A stretch of DNA of 58,153 bases from an uncultured virus (IMG/VR IMGVR_UViG_2100351003_000006) (lineage: Duplodnaviria > Heunggongvirae > Uroviricota > Caudoviricetes), in the IMG/VR virus record IMGVR_UViG_2100351003_000006; one strand, written 5' to 3'. Made by a program: the position numbers and the translations under genes. Shown here piece by piece: positions 37,522 to 47,778 of the stretch (its first letter is position 1; each line of letters opens with the position of its first letter). Under the pieces are notes generated by a model. The model worked only from the letters and a program-made list of their open reading frames with translations. It was not told the origin of the DNA and searched no databases.

Positions 37522-38004
37522 ATGAGCAGTGACATCACCGTCCAATTGCAGGGCGTCGAGGAACTCAAGCGCATCCTCGCGCGCGTGCCCGACAAGCTCA
37601 GACGCAAGGGACTGTTAAAGGCGCTGCGCGTGTCGGCGCGGCTGGTACGCGACGATGCCCGCCTGGCAGCGCCGGTACGGCAGAAGCCGAAACTCAACCG
37701 CCGACCGGGCACCGTCAAACGGGCGATCAGCATCCGCACTTCGAAGTTCGCGCGGCGGGCCGGCGACGTGGGTGTGTTTGTCAGTGTCCGCCCCTTGCGC
37801 GGCGCCCGACAGAAACGGCTCGGCGCAGCCGGTGCCAACAATCCGAACGACCCCTACTACTGGCGGTTTCTGGAGTTCGGCACACGCAAGCTGACCGCGC
37901 GCCCGTTTCTGCGCCCCGCCAGCCGCAAGCTGCCACAGGTCGCCGAAGCCTTCATCGTCTCGGCAACCGCCGAGATCAACCGGCTCAACACGGGGAGTGA
38001 ATGA
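37522..38004 (+). CDS. HK97 gp10-family tail-completion protein
   Basis: YYWRFLEFGT.KL.ARPFLRPA. Confidence 0.88.
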   Translation: MSSDITVQLQGVEELKRILARVPDKLRRKGLLKALRVSARLVRDDARLAAPVRQKPKLNRRPGTVKRAISIRTSKFARRAGDVGVFVSVRPLRGARQKRLGAAGANNPNDPYYWRFLEFGTRKLTARPFLRPASRKLPQVAEAFIVSATAEINRLNTGSE

Positions 38005-38366
38005 TGTCCGCCGAAACCGAACTCCATGCCGCCCTGTCAGCCAGCACCGCGCTGGCCACCCTGGTCGATACCCGGATCACTCCGGACGCCATTCCCGAGG
38101 GCAATCCCCTGCCGGCGGTCGTCTACCAGCGGGCCGGCACCACGCCGGTCAGCACCATTCATGACGGCCAGCCGATCGCCGAAGAAGTCCGTTTTCAGGT
38201 CAGCGCCTGGGCGCCCACGCGCACCGCGGCCGACGCCGTGGCCGACGAAATCGCCACCGCACTGGCCGTCGTTGGCGTCAGCGTCGCCGATCGTTCGAGC
38301 GGCATCGACCCGGAGACTGATCTCAAGTCGGCCACCGTCGAGGTCGACTGGTGGCACGTGTTCTGA
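38001..38366 (+). CDS. Tail terminator (DUF3168-like)
   Basis: RI.PD..P....LPAVVYQR, RFQVSAWA; synteny. Confidence 0.78.
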   Translation: MMSAETELHAALSASTALATLVDTRITPDAIPEGNPLPAVVYQRAGTTPVSTIHDGQPIAEEVRFQVSAWAPTRTAADAVADEIATALAVVGVSVADRSSGIDPETDLKSATVEVDWWHVF

Positions 38367-38429
38367 GCTTTCCCCTCTTCATCACCCGCCCGCCGATTGG
38401 CGGGTTTTTCTTTCTCGGAGGCAAATGCC

Positions 38430-39071
38430 ATGTCCAATCCCCGCAAGTGGTCGAACGTCGCCGTCGCGCTGCAGTCGGCGCTGGGCGCCGCAATCACGAT
38501 TACCGCCGTCACCAAGGCAGCGGAAGGTGTCGTCTCCGCGACCAATACCCTCGCCAATGGCGAATTCGTGCTGCTCGCGGTCGAGGGCATGTGGCAACTC
38601 AATGACCGGGTCGCCCGGGTCAAGGCGGTCTCCGGGGCCGGCTTCACCCTCGAAGGCATCGATACCACGCTGTTCGACACTTTCACCAGCGGCAGCGCGC
38701 AGAAGATCACCTTTGGCGTCAGCGTCACCACGGCGACCGAAGTCAGTCCGTCCGGTGGCGAGTTCGATTTCATTCCGACGACGACCATCCACGCCGCCCA
38801 GCAAACGCAGATCCCGGGCACCCCGACGGCCGGGGTGTACACCTTCACCAACGTCTGGGACATCAGCGACGCCGGTCTGCTGGCGATCAAGGCGGCCTCG
38901 GACACGCAGACCAAGCGTGCCGTCAAATTCACTTTCGGCGCTGGTGGTCCGATCATGTGCTTCAACGGCTACCCCGCCGGCCAGCTCCTGCCGGGTGGCC
39001 AGGCGCAGGCGCTGGTCACCACGCCGACGGTCATCACCCTGTCCGGTACGCCGAGCTACTACGCGTCATGA
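38430..39071 (+). CDS. Tail tube protein
   Basis: Synteny, beta-rich, SGGEFDF..TT...Q.QIPG motif; GGAGG RBS. Confidence 0.82.
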   Translation: MSNPRKWSNVAVALQSALGAAITITAVTKAAEGVVSATNTLANGEFVLLAVEGMWQLNDRVARVKAVSGAGFTLEGIDTTLFDTFTSGSAQKITFGVSVTTATEVSPSGGEFDFIPTTTIHAAQQTQIPGTPTAGVYTFTNVWDISDAGLLAIKAASDTQTKRAVKFTFGAGGPIMCFNGYPAGQLLPGGQAQALVTTPTVITLSGTPSYYAS

Positions 39072-39406
39072 GCGCCCTCTCCGCAAAGATTCGCAAGGCG
39101 CGCGAGCTGCGCGTTGAAATTGGGGGCTTCGTGTTCACGGTCCTGCGCCCGACCCCTCTCGAACGCGAGGAGAAGATCCGGGGCGAGTCCGCCGCGCGCG
39201 GCATCCTCTCGCTGGTGGTTGGTTGGGAGAACGTCACCGAGGGCGACCTGATCCCCGGCGGCGACCCGCATCCGCTGCCCTTCGACACGGAGGCCTGCGC
39301 CGAATGGCTGTCGGATCGCCCGGACCTCTTCGCCGGCATCGCCGACGCGGTCGTCAAGGGTTTTGAGGCGCACGTCCTGAAGATCGAGGACGCGCTAAAA
39401 AACTGA
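39068..39406 (+). CDS. Tail assembly chaperone (gpG-like)
   Basis: Between tube and tape measure; VVGWENV; ends in slippery A AAA AAC TGA. Confidence 0.8.
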   Translation: MSALSAKIRKARELRVEIGGFVFTVLRPTPLEREEKIRGESAARGILSLVVGWENVTEGDLIPGGDPHPLPFDTEACAEWLSDRPDLFAGIADAVVKGFEAHVLKIEDALKN

Positions 39407-39630
39407 GCGCCTGGTTGAGCGCGCGCGATCTTCCTGCGCAACTTCAGCCAGGCAATCAAATGGCCCCGCTGCCCATCGCCACCGCCGTCCAGGCCTGGAA
39501 CCTGATGGGCGGTATCGACTGGTCGGCGCTACCGATCGTCGTTGATCTCCTCGGCGTCTCCGACCCCGAAGCCCTCATCACCCAGCTGGTTGCCATTCGC
39601 GACCACCAGAACGACCAAGGGAGCGACTGA
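39397..39630 (+). CDS. Tail assembly chaperone -1 frameshift extension (gpT-like)
   Basis: The -1 frame from the heptamer at 39397-39403 is open to 39630 (KLSAWLSARDL...AWNLMGGIDWSAL...). Confidence 0.75.
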   Translation, partial: KKLSAWLSARDLPAQLQPGNQMAPLPIATAVQAWNLMGGIDWSALPIVVDLLGVSDPEALITQLVAIRDHQNDQGSD

Positions 39631-39633
39631 ACC

Positions 39634-41760
39634 ATGGCCCTCGCCACGCTAACCATCGACATCATCGCCAAACTGGCGAACATCGAGCGCGACCTCGGCA
39701 GGGTTTCCGGTCTGGCCGAGAGGAGCGCCAAGCGCATGGAGAGCGCTTTTGCCGGGGCCTCGTCGGTCATCGCCAACGCCTTCGCCGGTCTCGCCGGCGC
39801 GTTCTCCGTCGGCGCCATGGCAGCGATGGTCACGTCGTCGATCGACGCCGCCGATGGTCTGTCGAAACTCTCGCAGCGTACGGGTGAAACGGTCGAGAAT
39901 CTCGCCCGCCTGCAGTACGCCGGCAGCCTGACGGCTGTCAGCAATGAAACGCTGGCCACCAGTCTCAAGAAGCTCTCGAAGAACATGGGCGAAGCCGCTG
40001 GCGGCAGCGGCGAGGTGGCCGATGCATTCAGGGCCATCGGGGTTTCGGTAGTGGATTCGGCCGGCCACTTGCGCAGCTCGGGCGACGTGCTCAACGACGT
40101 TGCCGACCGCTTTGCCGGCTACGAAGACTCGGCCGCCAAGGCGGCCTTGGCCCAAGCCATCTTCGGGCGGAGCGGCGCCGATCTGATTCCGCTGCTCAAC
40201 GCCGGATCGCAAGGCCTGAGAGAGATGGGCGACGAGGCCTCGCGGCTGGGCGTCGTCATCTCGACGGAAACCGCGCAGGCCGCGGAGCGCTTCAACGACC
40301 AGATGACGCGGGTCAATGCCGCGCTCGGATCGATCGCCAAGCAGACCGCTGCCGAGTTGCTGCCGGTACTCAACGAGCTGGCCGATTCGCTGGTGGAGAT
40401 CGCCAGGGAAGGCACCGGCGCCAGTCGTTCATTCAGCCCGCTGTCGGACGCCTTCCGCGCGATCATCGTCGTAGGCGGGAATGTGGCCTATGTGTTCAAG
40501 TCGATCGGCACGGAGATCGGCGGCATGGCGGCGCAACTGGTCGCCCTGGCCAGGCTCGATTTCAAGGGCTTTGCGAACACCGGTGAAGCGATGCGCGAGG
40601 ACGCCGAGAAGAGTCGCAAGGCGATCGACGCGTGGTCGGCGCGTGTCCTGTCGGCCGGCAAGTCCGCGGGACAGACTTTCAGCGACTACAGCAACGAAGG
40701 CCGGGGGCGCGGGTTGGCAGAGCCCGCCAAGACCGCTGCGCCCAACTTCAACGTTCCCAAGGTCAAGTCCTCCGGTGGCGGGCGCGCTGCCAAGGCGATC
40801 GACGACGGCCAGCGCCTGGTCGATCAGTTGCGCGACCGCATTCGGGCGACGCAGGAACTCACCGAGGTCGAGAAGCTCGAGGCGGCGATTGCCGACGGCA
40901 AATACAGGACGGCCTCCGCGGCGAACCTGGAGATTGCCCGCGGCTACGCCGAAACACTGGACGCGATAAAGGCCGCCAGGACCGCCGCCGAGGAAGAGGC
41001 CGACATGCAGCGCCAGCGTCTGGCGGTCTTCGCCGAAGGGCAGCGCGTCTTCGAGTCGGTGCGCACGCCGGTCGAAGCGCTCGACGCCGAAGTCACGCAC
41101 TTGGTCGCACTCCTCGACGCCGGCGCGATCAGCATGGACACCTTCGGCCGTGCTGCGTCCAGAGCCGGCGAAGGCTTTATCCAGATGGGCGAGAAGGCGA
41201 AGGAAACCAGCGACGTGATGGACGAGTTCGCCAAATCAGCCGCCACGAACATCCAGTCGGCGTTTGCCGATTTCCTCTTCGACCCGTTCAAGGACGGCAT
41301 GAGCAGCATGCTCAAGCGCTTCGGCGAGACGATCCAGCGGATGATCGCCGAGGCGGTCGCCGCCGATCTCGGCAAGCGGTTGTTCGGCGATCTCGCCAAG
41401 GGCGGCGTCGGTGACGGGCTGCTGGGCAGCGCGTTCAAGGTGCTCGGCGGCCTGCTGCCGAATGCCGATGGCGGCGTCTACCGCTCGCCGAGCCTCTCAC
41501 GGTTCTCGGGCCAGATCGTCAGCAGCCCGCGCCTCTTCGCGTTCGCCGCCGGTGCGGGCGTGATGGGCGAAGCCGGGCCGGAAGCGATCCTGCCGCTTGC
41601 CCGCGGTTCGGACGGCAAGCTCGGGGTGCGCGGCGGGAACTCGATCAGCGTCACCGTCAATATCCAAGGTGTAGCCAACGCCGCCGAGTTGCGCCGGGCG
41701 GGCGGTCAGGTCGGTCGCGAGGTGCTCGCTGCGATCAGCCGCGCGCAGCGCTTTGCATAG
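39634..41760 (+). CDS. Tape measure protein
   Basis: 708 aa Ala-rich helical; IFGRSGADLIPLLN; C-terminal MGEAGPEAILPL.RG.DG.LGV. Confidence 0.92.
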   Translation: MALATLTIDIIAKLANIERDLGRVSGLAERSAKRMESAFAGASSVIANAFAGLAGAFSVGAMAAMVTSSIDAADGLSKLSQRTGETVENLARLQYAGSLTAVSNETLATSLKKLSKNMGEAAGGSGEVADAFRAIGVSVVDSAGHLRSSGDVLNDVADRFAGYEDSAAKAALAQAIFGRSGADLIPLLNAGSQGLREMGDEASRLGVVISTETAQAAERFNDQMTRVNAALGSIAKQTAAELLPVLNELADSLVEIAREGTGASRSFSPLSDAFRAIIVVGGNVAYVFKSIGTEIGGMAAQLVALARLDFKGFANTGEAMREDAEKSRKAIDAWSARVLSAGKSAGQTFSDYSNEGRGRGLAEPAKTAAPNFNVPKVKSSGGGRAAKAIDDGQRLVDQLRDRIRATQELTEVEKLEAAIADGKYRTASAANLEIARGYAETLDAIKAARTAAEEEADMQRQRLAVFAEGQRVFESVRTPVEALDAEVTHLVALLDAGAISMDTFGRAASRAGEGFIQMGEKAKETSDVMDEFAKSAATNIQSAFADFLFDPFKDGMSSMLKRFGETIQRMIAEAVAADLGKRLFGDLAKGGVGDGLLGSAFKVLGGLLPNADGGVYRSPSLSRFSGQIVSSPRLFAFAAGAGVMGEAGPEAILPLARGSDGKLGVRGGNSISVTVNIQGVANAAELRRAGGQVGREVLAAISRAQRFA

Positions 41761-41768
41761 GGGCCGAC

Positions 41769-42404
41769 ATGCCGGAATTTCTCTCCGAGCGGCTACCGGT
41801 CGATGTGCGCATGGGTGCGAGCTACGCCGACGAGTACGCCGTCGAAATCACCACCACCGCCGGTGGCGCCGAGTACCGGCGACTGATCCACGGTTTTCCG
41901 GCGCGGCGCTTCACGATCAACTACACGCTGCTGCGCGATGACCTGGCCGCGCGGGTGCTGGCGCTCTATCACCGTGCCTATGGCAAGTTCGCCGGTTTCC
42001 GGGTGCGCTGCGCTGACGATTTCTCGACCAACAATCACACCGGGGCGCCGACGGCCACCGACTGGGTGCTACCGAAGATTTCCAGCGGGGTGTACCAGTT
42101 GATCAAGGGCTACGGCAGCGGTGCGACGCCGCTCGGTATCGGCCTGCCGTACCGGAATCTGTACAAGCCGGTTTCCGGCACGGTACTCGTCTCGAAGAAC
42201 GACGTCCCGCTCAGTTCGGGCGTGTCGGTCGATTACACCACCGGGCGCGTGACCATCACCCCGGCGCCAACCTCCGAAGTGATCAAGGCCGGCTGCGAAT
42301 TCGACCTGCCGTGTCGCTTCAATTCCTCGATCGAGATTACTGCCTTGAGTAAGTCCATGCGCGACTGCGGGTCGATCGACATCATCGAGCTACTGCAGCC
42401 ATGA
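41769..42404 (+). CDS. DUF2460 distal tail protein (GTA-like)
   Basis: GFR.R..DD, YQL.K.YG, KPV.GTV, VDYTTG.VT, EFDLPCRF. Confidence 0.85.
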   Translation: MPEFLSERLPVDVRMGASYADEYAVEITTTAGGAEYRRLIHGFPARRFTINYTLLRDDLAARVLALYHRAYGKFAGFRVRCADDFSTNNHTGAPTATDWVLPKISSGVYQLIKGYGSGATPLGIGLPYRNLYKPVSGTVLVSKNDVPLSSGVSVDYTTGRVTITPAPTSEVIKAGCEFDLPCRFNSSIEITALSKSMRDCGSIDIIELLQP

Positions 42405-43249
42405 AATCCGTCGTTGCTGATTACCGCTACCGCATCCTGTGCCTGCGCATCGTGCCGGTCACCGGGTCGCCGATCTATCTGACCGACCACCCTCGGGATC
42501 TGGTGATGAGCGGGCACACCTACCTGTCGACGGCCGGCTACCAGTTCACCGGCCAGTCGGCGACCGCCGGATTCTCACCGGCCTCGGTCGACATCGAAGG
42601 CATTGCCGGGGCCTCCGGGCTGTCGCGCGCCGCCCTCGGCAGCGGCCTGTTCGACGGGGCGCGCTGCTACGTCTTCGCGACCTCGTGGGCGGCGCCGGTC
42701 GAGGACCAGGAACCCGTCGTCGCCGGCATCTTCGGCAAGGCGACCCTGCTCGACCACCGCTTCCAGATCGGCGGCGTGTCGTTGATCGACGCGCTGAACC
42801 AGAGCGTCGGGCAGACCTATGGCGCGCAGTGCCCGAAGGTGTTCTGTGGGACCGAATACGCCGGCTGCGGCGTCTCGCTGGCCGCCAACACCGTTATCGG
42901 CACACTGACCAACGTGACCAGTGCGGCGGTGTTCAGTTCGGCCGCACGAACGGAAGCGGACGACACCTTCGGCGCGGGCACGATCCAATTCACCAGTGGG
43001 CCGAATGCCGGGCTAAAGGCGCTGGAGATCAAGAGTTTCGCGGGTGGGGTGATCACCACCTTCGAGCCGTTCTATTACCTGCCGGTGGCCGGCAACGCCT
43101 ACAGCATGGTGCGCGGCTGCCGCAAGCGGCTGTCCGATTGCCAGAACCGCTGGGACGGCTCCGGCACGTTCTCCAACGTGGCGAACTTTGGCGGCTTTCC
43201 GTGGATTCCCACCGGCAGCACCTACGCGCAGGTCGGACAGGGCGGTTGA
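42401..43249 (+). CDS. DUF2163 / BR0599 baseplate hub protein
   Basis: LTDH.RDL, GLFDGA, FTSGPNAG, GC.K...C..R...NVANFGGFP.IP. Confidence 0.88.
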   Translation: MKSVVADYRYRILCLRIVPVTGSPIYLTDHPRDLVMSGHTYLSTAGYQFTGQSATAGFSPASVDIEGIAGASGLSRAALGSGLFDGARCYVFATSWAAPVEDQEPVVAGIFGKATLLDHRFQIGGVSLIDALNQSVGQTYGAQCPKVFCGTEYAGCGVSLAANTVIGTLTNVTSAAVFSSAARTEADDTFGAGTIQFTSGPNAGLKALEIKSFAGGVITTFEPFYYLPVAGNAYSMVRGCRKRLSDCQNRWDGSGTFSNVANFGGFPWIPTGSTYAQVGQGG

Positions 43250-43665
43250 TGACGGCCGACGATATCCTTGCTGCCGCTCGGCAGTGCCTCGGCACGCCGT
43301 TTCGCCACCAGGGGCGGATGCTCGGCTTCGGCCTCGACTGTGCCGGGGTGGCGATCCACGTCGCACGCCAGATCGGCGTCGGGCATCTCGACGTGTCCGG
43401 TTACGGGCGTACGCCGGTCGATGGGCAACTCGAACGCTCGCTCGATAGCCAGCCCTGTCTGGAGAGCATCGCCATGGTCGACGACCGGCGACCGGGTGAT
43501 GTGCTGCTGATGCGCTTTGCAGGCGACCCGCAGCACCTCGCGATCACCGCCGGCGACACCCTGATCCACGCCTATGAGTCGGTGGGCAGATGCTGCGAGC
43601 ACCGGCTGTCCAGCATGTGGGCGGAGCGAATCGTGCGCGTCTATCGCTTCCGGGGAATCGAATGA
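43249..43665 (+). CDS. NlpC/P60 tail-associated peptidase
   Basis: GTPFRHQGR..G.GLDCAG, PGDVLL, HLAI, IHAY. Confidence 0.9.
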   Translation: MTADDILAAARQCLGTPFRHQGRMLGFGLDCAGVAIHVARQIGVGHLDVSGYGRTPVDGQLERSLDSQPCLESIAMVDDRRPGDVLLMRFAGDPQHLAITAGDTLIHAYESVGRCCEHRLSSMWAERIVRVYRFRGIE

Positions 43666-46600
43666 GCAGTGGCGGGCAGGTGGTCGGCGGGCTCGTCGGC
43701 GCGGTGGCGGGGTTCTTCCTCGGCGGCGGCACCCCCAGCGGCGCGCTGTACGGGGCGCAGATCGGGATGACGCTCGGCGGCTACCTCGATCCGCCCAAAG
43801 GGCCGACGGTCAATGGCCCGCGGCTCAATGACCTGTCGGTCCAGACCAGCACCTACGGTGCGGTCATCCCGCGCGTCTACGGCACGGTGACGGTCAACGG
43901 CAACGTCTTCTGGCTGGAGAACAACCGGCTGAAGGAAACGGTCACCCGGAAGAAGTCCGGCGGCAAGGGCGGTGGCGGCAAGACGACCACGCGCACCTAC
44001 ACCTACTCGGCGACCTTTGCCGTCGGCCTGTGCCAGGGGCCGATTGTCGGCGTGCGCCGGATCTGGATCGGTCCGGATCTGATCTACGACGCGGGCTCGT
44101 CAGATCCAGGAACGATCGCGGCCAGCAACGCGGCGGCCAGCGGTTTCCAGATCTACCTCGGCACCGACAACCAGGCTGCGGATGCGCGCATGCAGGCGAC
44201 GCTCGATGTCGCCAATACGCCGGCCTGGCGCGGGCTCGCTTACCTCGTCTTCTACGACCTGGCGCTGGAGCGCTACGCGAATAGTCTGGCCGGCGCGCAA
44301 GTTCGTGTGGAGGTGGTCGAGCAGGGCGCGGTCGGCGGGCCTGCCGACGTAAGTTTCTTTTCTTTGCCGAGCCTGACGTCCCACTCGGGGCCCTTGTGGG
44401 ATGGGGTGGATTGGTACGGCGTGATCTTGCTGAACACCTCAACGGCGCGGATGGTGACCTCGCCGGACATGGCGTCATGGACTCAAATCGCCACCATGCC
44501 CGCTCGGTCATGGTCGCGGATTCTCTATCACCAGGGGGGGTACATCGCCAGCGCGCCGACGACGCCCGGGTTCTCGGGCGCAGGCGTCGCCACCTCAAGC
44601 GACAAGGTCAATTGGGTGGTTCGCTGGAGTGGGTCATTCGGCCGCTGGACTTTGAAATGGATCGTTCCTGGCAACGGCGGCGTTTTATTCATCGAGGGTC
44701 AACAAGGCACGGATGGCAACAGCGCGGCTGGAACGCGTTCAGTCCTTCTGGATGCCAATTTCGTGCTCGTCAACTACGGCTGGATTGTTCCGAACTTCGA
44801 TTGTGGCCATTCGCAACCGTGCCATAACGGCACGGTATTCATCGTCGGAGGGAATGTGGGGGCCGTGCCACGGCTCTTCCTATCCACCACCGGCGTGGGC
44901 ACCTGGTCGGAACAAGCCGTACCGGTTGGCGTTTCCCACATTTACGGGATCTGTGCCTTCGGATCATCGTTGCTGATGGCGGCATTCGACCAGAGCACGC
45001 GTACGGGAAAAGTGGCCGTGTCGACCGATTCGGGCGGCAGCTGGAGTGCCTGGGTAAATCTGCCGCCTTGTCTCGGGGTTGGCGGATGGCGAAATCCGAA
45101 CTGGAACGGCGCTGAATTCTTCCTCTGCGAACACGGTACCTCGCAGTGGGCGACGAGCCCGGACGGCGTGAACTGGGAGGCGCACACGACAACTGCCGGC
45201 CTGCCGGCCCACCGGCCGGATTCGTTCCAGAAAGGGTGGAACGGGTCGGCCTGGGGGTCCTTCAGCAATGAAGTCGGTGGGGCGTTTCTGTTCACCTCGG
45301 CGACAAGCGGCATCACGCCGAGCGATACGTCGCTGAGTGCAATCGTCGCCGCCGAGTGCCTGCAATCCGGCCTGCTCACCAGCGGCGACATCGACGTGAC
45401 TGCGCTAGCTCAGTCGGTGCGCGGTTACCGCGTCGGCAGCATCGGGGCGATCCGGGCGGCGCTTGAACCGCTGCAGGCGGCCTGGCCGTTCGATGTCGTG
45501 CCGCACGGCTACAAAATTCGGTTTGTGGTGCGCGGAGGGGCGTCCGTCGTTACCATTCCTGCGGCGGACCTCGACGCGCGGGGCGAAGGAGACGCGCCGG
45601 GAGTGCAGATCACGACCAGCCGGGAGATGGATTCGCAGCTTCCGCGCCGGGTGACGGTGCAGCATCTCGATTACGACCGTGAGCACAACGCCGGCACGCA
45701 GTACGCCGAGCGTCTCAATACGGCGGCGATCAACGCGCTGGTGCTTGATCTCCCGATCGTGCTGACGGCGACGGAAGCGGCGGGCAAGGCGGAGGTGCTG
45801 CTCTACCTCTACTGGCTGGAGCGTTACGACGTGTCAGTGACGCTGCCGCCGACGTACAACCAGTTGGAGGCGGGCGACGTAGTGACGCTGGTCACACCCG
45901 AGGGCAACGTCAGCCTGCGCCTGACGGCGATCCATTACACCAGCGACGGACGGATTGCGTGCCAGGCGAAATACGCCAGCGCGGCGATCTATACGCCGAC
46001 TGCGGTCGGGGCTTCGCCGGTGGTCAGCGGGACGACGACAGTCACACCAGTAGGTGCGTCGGTGTATGTGCTGATGGACGTGCCGACTGTCAGTAGCGCG
46101 CAGTCGGGGCCGTCATTCCTGGTGGCGATGACCGGTGCGCTGGCGGGATGGCGAGGCGGGGTGCTGATGCAGTCGACCGACGCCGGCTCGACTTGGGCAA
46201 GTCTGCAGGACTTCGGGCCACCGGGGGCATCCCTGGGAACCTGCACCAACAGCATCGGCGCGGTGGAGCAACGGGTGATCGACAACGCCAACGTGCTCGA
46301 TGTGACGCTGACGCAAGGCGAACTATTCAGCATGACGCAACTGGCGATGCTCGGTGGGGCGAATCACTTTGCGTACGGGGCAGACGGGCGCTGGGAGATC
46401 ATCGCGGCGCAAGATTGCACGCTGGTGAGCGGCACGAGCTACGTGCTGCAGAACCTATTGCGCGGACGATTCGGCAGCGAGTGGGCGATGGGGCTGCATG
46501 CGGTCGGCGATGCGCTGATCCTGCTCGACCCCACCGACGTGGCGGCCATCGCGATGAGTGCAGGCACGATCGGCTTGTCGTACCTCTACCGCGGCGTGAC

Positions 46601-47003
46601 CGTTGATCGTGACATCAGCACCGACGCCAACCGGGCCTTCGCGTATCAGGGGGTCAATCTCAAGCCACTATCGCCGATCGCACTGACCGGAGACCGGGAC
46701 CCTTCGAGCAATGATTGGGCGCTGACCTGGATTCGGCGCACGCGCGATGGGGGCGAGTGGCGGGACTACGTCGACGCGTCGCTTGGCGAGGCCACCGAGG
46801 CGTACGCCATCGACGTCTACGCCGACGGCAGCTACGCGGCGGTGAAGCGGACGATCACGGCGAGCACGCCTTTCTGTGTGTATGCCAGTTCCGATCAGGT
46901 CGCCGACTTCGGCACCAACCAGGCGACGCTGTATCTCAAGCTCTCTCAGATCTCGGCCACCGTTGGCCGGGGATATCCGCTCACCGCTTCCCTCACGAGG
47001 TAG
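43662..47003 (+). CDS. Large tail/host-specificity protein (GTA gp15-like) with inserted Asp-box domain
   Basis: GPRL.DL.VQTSTYG..IPRVYGT, PAWRGLAY.VF, LLRGRFGSE, W.RRTR; internal Ser/Gly/Trp-rich insert. Confidence 0.9.
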   Translation: MSSGGQVVGGLVGAVAGFFLGGGTPSGALYGAQIGMTLGGYLDPPKGPTVNGPRLNDLSVQTSTYGAVIPRVYGTVTVNGNVFWLENNRLKETVTRKKSGGKGGGGKTTTRTYTYSATFAVGLCQGPIVGVRRIWIGPDLIYDAGSSDPGTIAASNAAASGFQIYLGTDNQAADARMQATLDVANTPAWRGLAYLVFYDLALERYANSLAGAQVRVEVVEQGAVGGPADVSFFSLPSLTSHSGPLWDGVDWYGVILLNTSTARMVTSPDMASWTQIATMPARSWSRILYHQGGYIASAPTTPGFSGAGVATSSDKVNWVVRWSGSFGRWTLKWIVPGNGGVLFIEGQQGTDGNSAAGTRSVLLDANFVLVNYGWIVPNFDCGHSQPCHNGTVFIVGGNVGAVPRLFLSTTGVGTWSEQAVPVGVSHIYGICAFGSSLLMAAFDQSTRTGKVAVSTDSGGSWSAWVNLPPCLGVGGWRNPNWNGAEFFLCEHGTSQWATSPDGVNWEAHTTTAGLPAHRPDSFQKGWNGSAWGSFSNEVGGAFLFTSATSGITPSDTSLSAIVAAECLQSGLLTSGDIDVTALAQSVRGYRVGSIGAIRAALEPLQAAWPFDVVPHGYKIRFVVRGGASVVTIPAADLDARGEGDAPGVQITTSREMDSQLPRRVTVQHLDYDREHNAGTQYAERLNTAAINALVLDLPIVLTATEAAGKAEVLLYLYWLERYDVSVTLPPTYNQLEAGDVVTLVTPEGNVSLRLTAIHYTSDGRIACQAKYASAAIYTPTAVGASPVVSGTTTVTPVGASVYVLMDVPTVSSAQSGPSFLVAMTGALAGWRGGVLMQSTDAGSTWASLQDFGPPGASLGTCTNSIGAVEQRVIDNANVLDVTLTQGELFSMTQLAMLGGANHFAYGADGRWEIIAAQDCTLVSGTSYVLQNLLRGRFGSEWAMGLHAVGDALILLDPTDVAAIAMSAGTIGLSYLYRGVTVDRDISTDANRAFAYQGVNLKPLSPIALTGDRDPSSNDWALTWIRRTRDGGEWRDYVDASLGEATEAYAIDVYADGSYAAVKRTITASTPFCVYASSDQVADFGTNQATLYLKLSQISATVGRGYPLTASLTR

Positions 47004-47006
47004 ACC

Positions 47007-47675
47007 ATGGCCAGCAGCACCACGAATCTCGACCTGATCGCGCAATCGCAGGCGTCCAAAGAAGTGACGGCAAATGCGCTGTTCGACGCCGTCAGCCCGG
47101 CGACCTTGTTCGGCCGGCGCGCCAGTCTGTGCTCGGGGCTCAACTGGTTCTACTACGGCGGCGTGATGCTGGTCGACGGCGTGCTCACGGCGATTGCCAA
47201 CAATGCGGCGGCGTTGGTGCTGAGTGCGTCGACCACGAATTACATCGAGGCGACGCGCGCGGGCGTGGTGTCGAAGAATACCGTGGGCTTCACCGGCGGA
47301 TCGATTCCGCTCTACACCGCCGTCACCGGGGCGTCATCGGTGACGAGTTACACGGATCAGCGGGCATGGGTGGCGCCGGCTTTCTTGCCGAGTAATGGCA
47401 GCATTGCCGTCACCACGGCGGATGTCGATCTGACTGCGCCGGCCAATGCGGACAAGGCGCGATGCTCCTACCTGACGACGACGGGCGTACTGACCGCCAA
47501 TCGGAACGTCATCGTGCCGAACAGTTGGCAGGCCGTCGTGTTCTGCAACAACAGCGGGGCGTTCACCACGACGTTCAAGACGGTGGCGGGAAGCGGCGTC
47601 GTGGTGGCGCAGGGCAAGCGGGCCATGCTGGTTGCCGATGGGTCCAACGTCGTTCGCATTACTCCGGACACATGA
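47007..47675 (+). CDS. Putative tail fibre/adaptor protein
   Basis: NL.LIAQSQASKEVTAN start, beta-rich; synteny. Confidence 0.65.
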   Translation: MASSTTNLDLIAQSQASKEVTANALFDAVSPATLFGRRASLCSGLNWFYYGGVMLVDGVLTAIANNAAALVLSASTTNYIEATRAGVVSKNTVGFTGGSIPLYTAVTGASSVTSYTDQRAWVAPAFLPSNGSIAVTTADVDLTAPANADKARCSYLTTTGVLTANRNVIVPNSWQAVVFCNNSGAFTTTFKTVAGSGVVVAQGKRAMLVADGSNVVRITPDT

Positions 47676-47729
47676 CAAGCCACCGCGGCAGAACTCGCTG
47701 CCTCGAACACAATCCCGTTTCAACCACCT

Positions 47730-47765
47730 GACCGCCCGAGGCAGATGCCTTCGGCGGTCTTTTTG
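47730..47765 (+). terminator. Intrinsic terminator
   Basis: gaccgcc...ggcggtc followed by a T run. Confidence 0.7.
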
Positions 47766-47778
47766 CATTGGAGAGTTC

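Noticed and set aside
41769..47003. Gene transfer agent
   Set aside because: Tail genes are GTA-like, but the element has its own recombinase, replication genes and HNH/P27 cos-type packaging, typical of a prophage.
43662..47675. Diversity-generating retroelement or invertible tail-fibre system
   Set aside because: No reverse transcriptase, no template/variable repeat pair and no invertase with flanking inverted sites seen.
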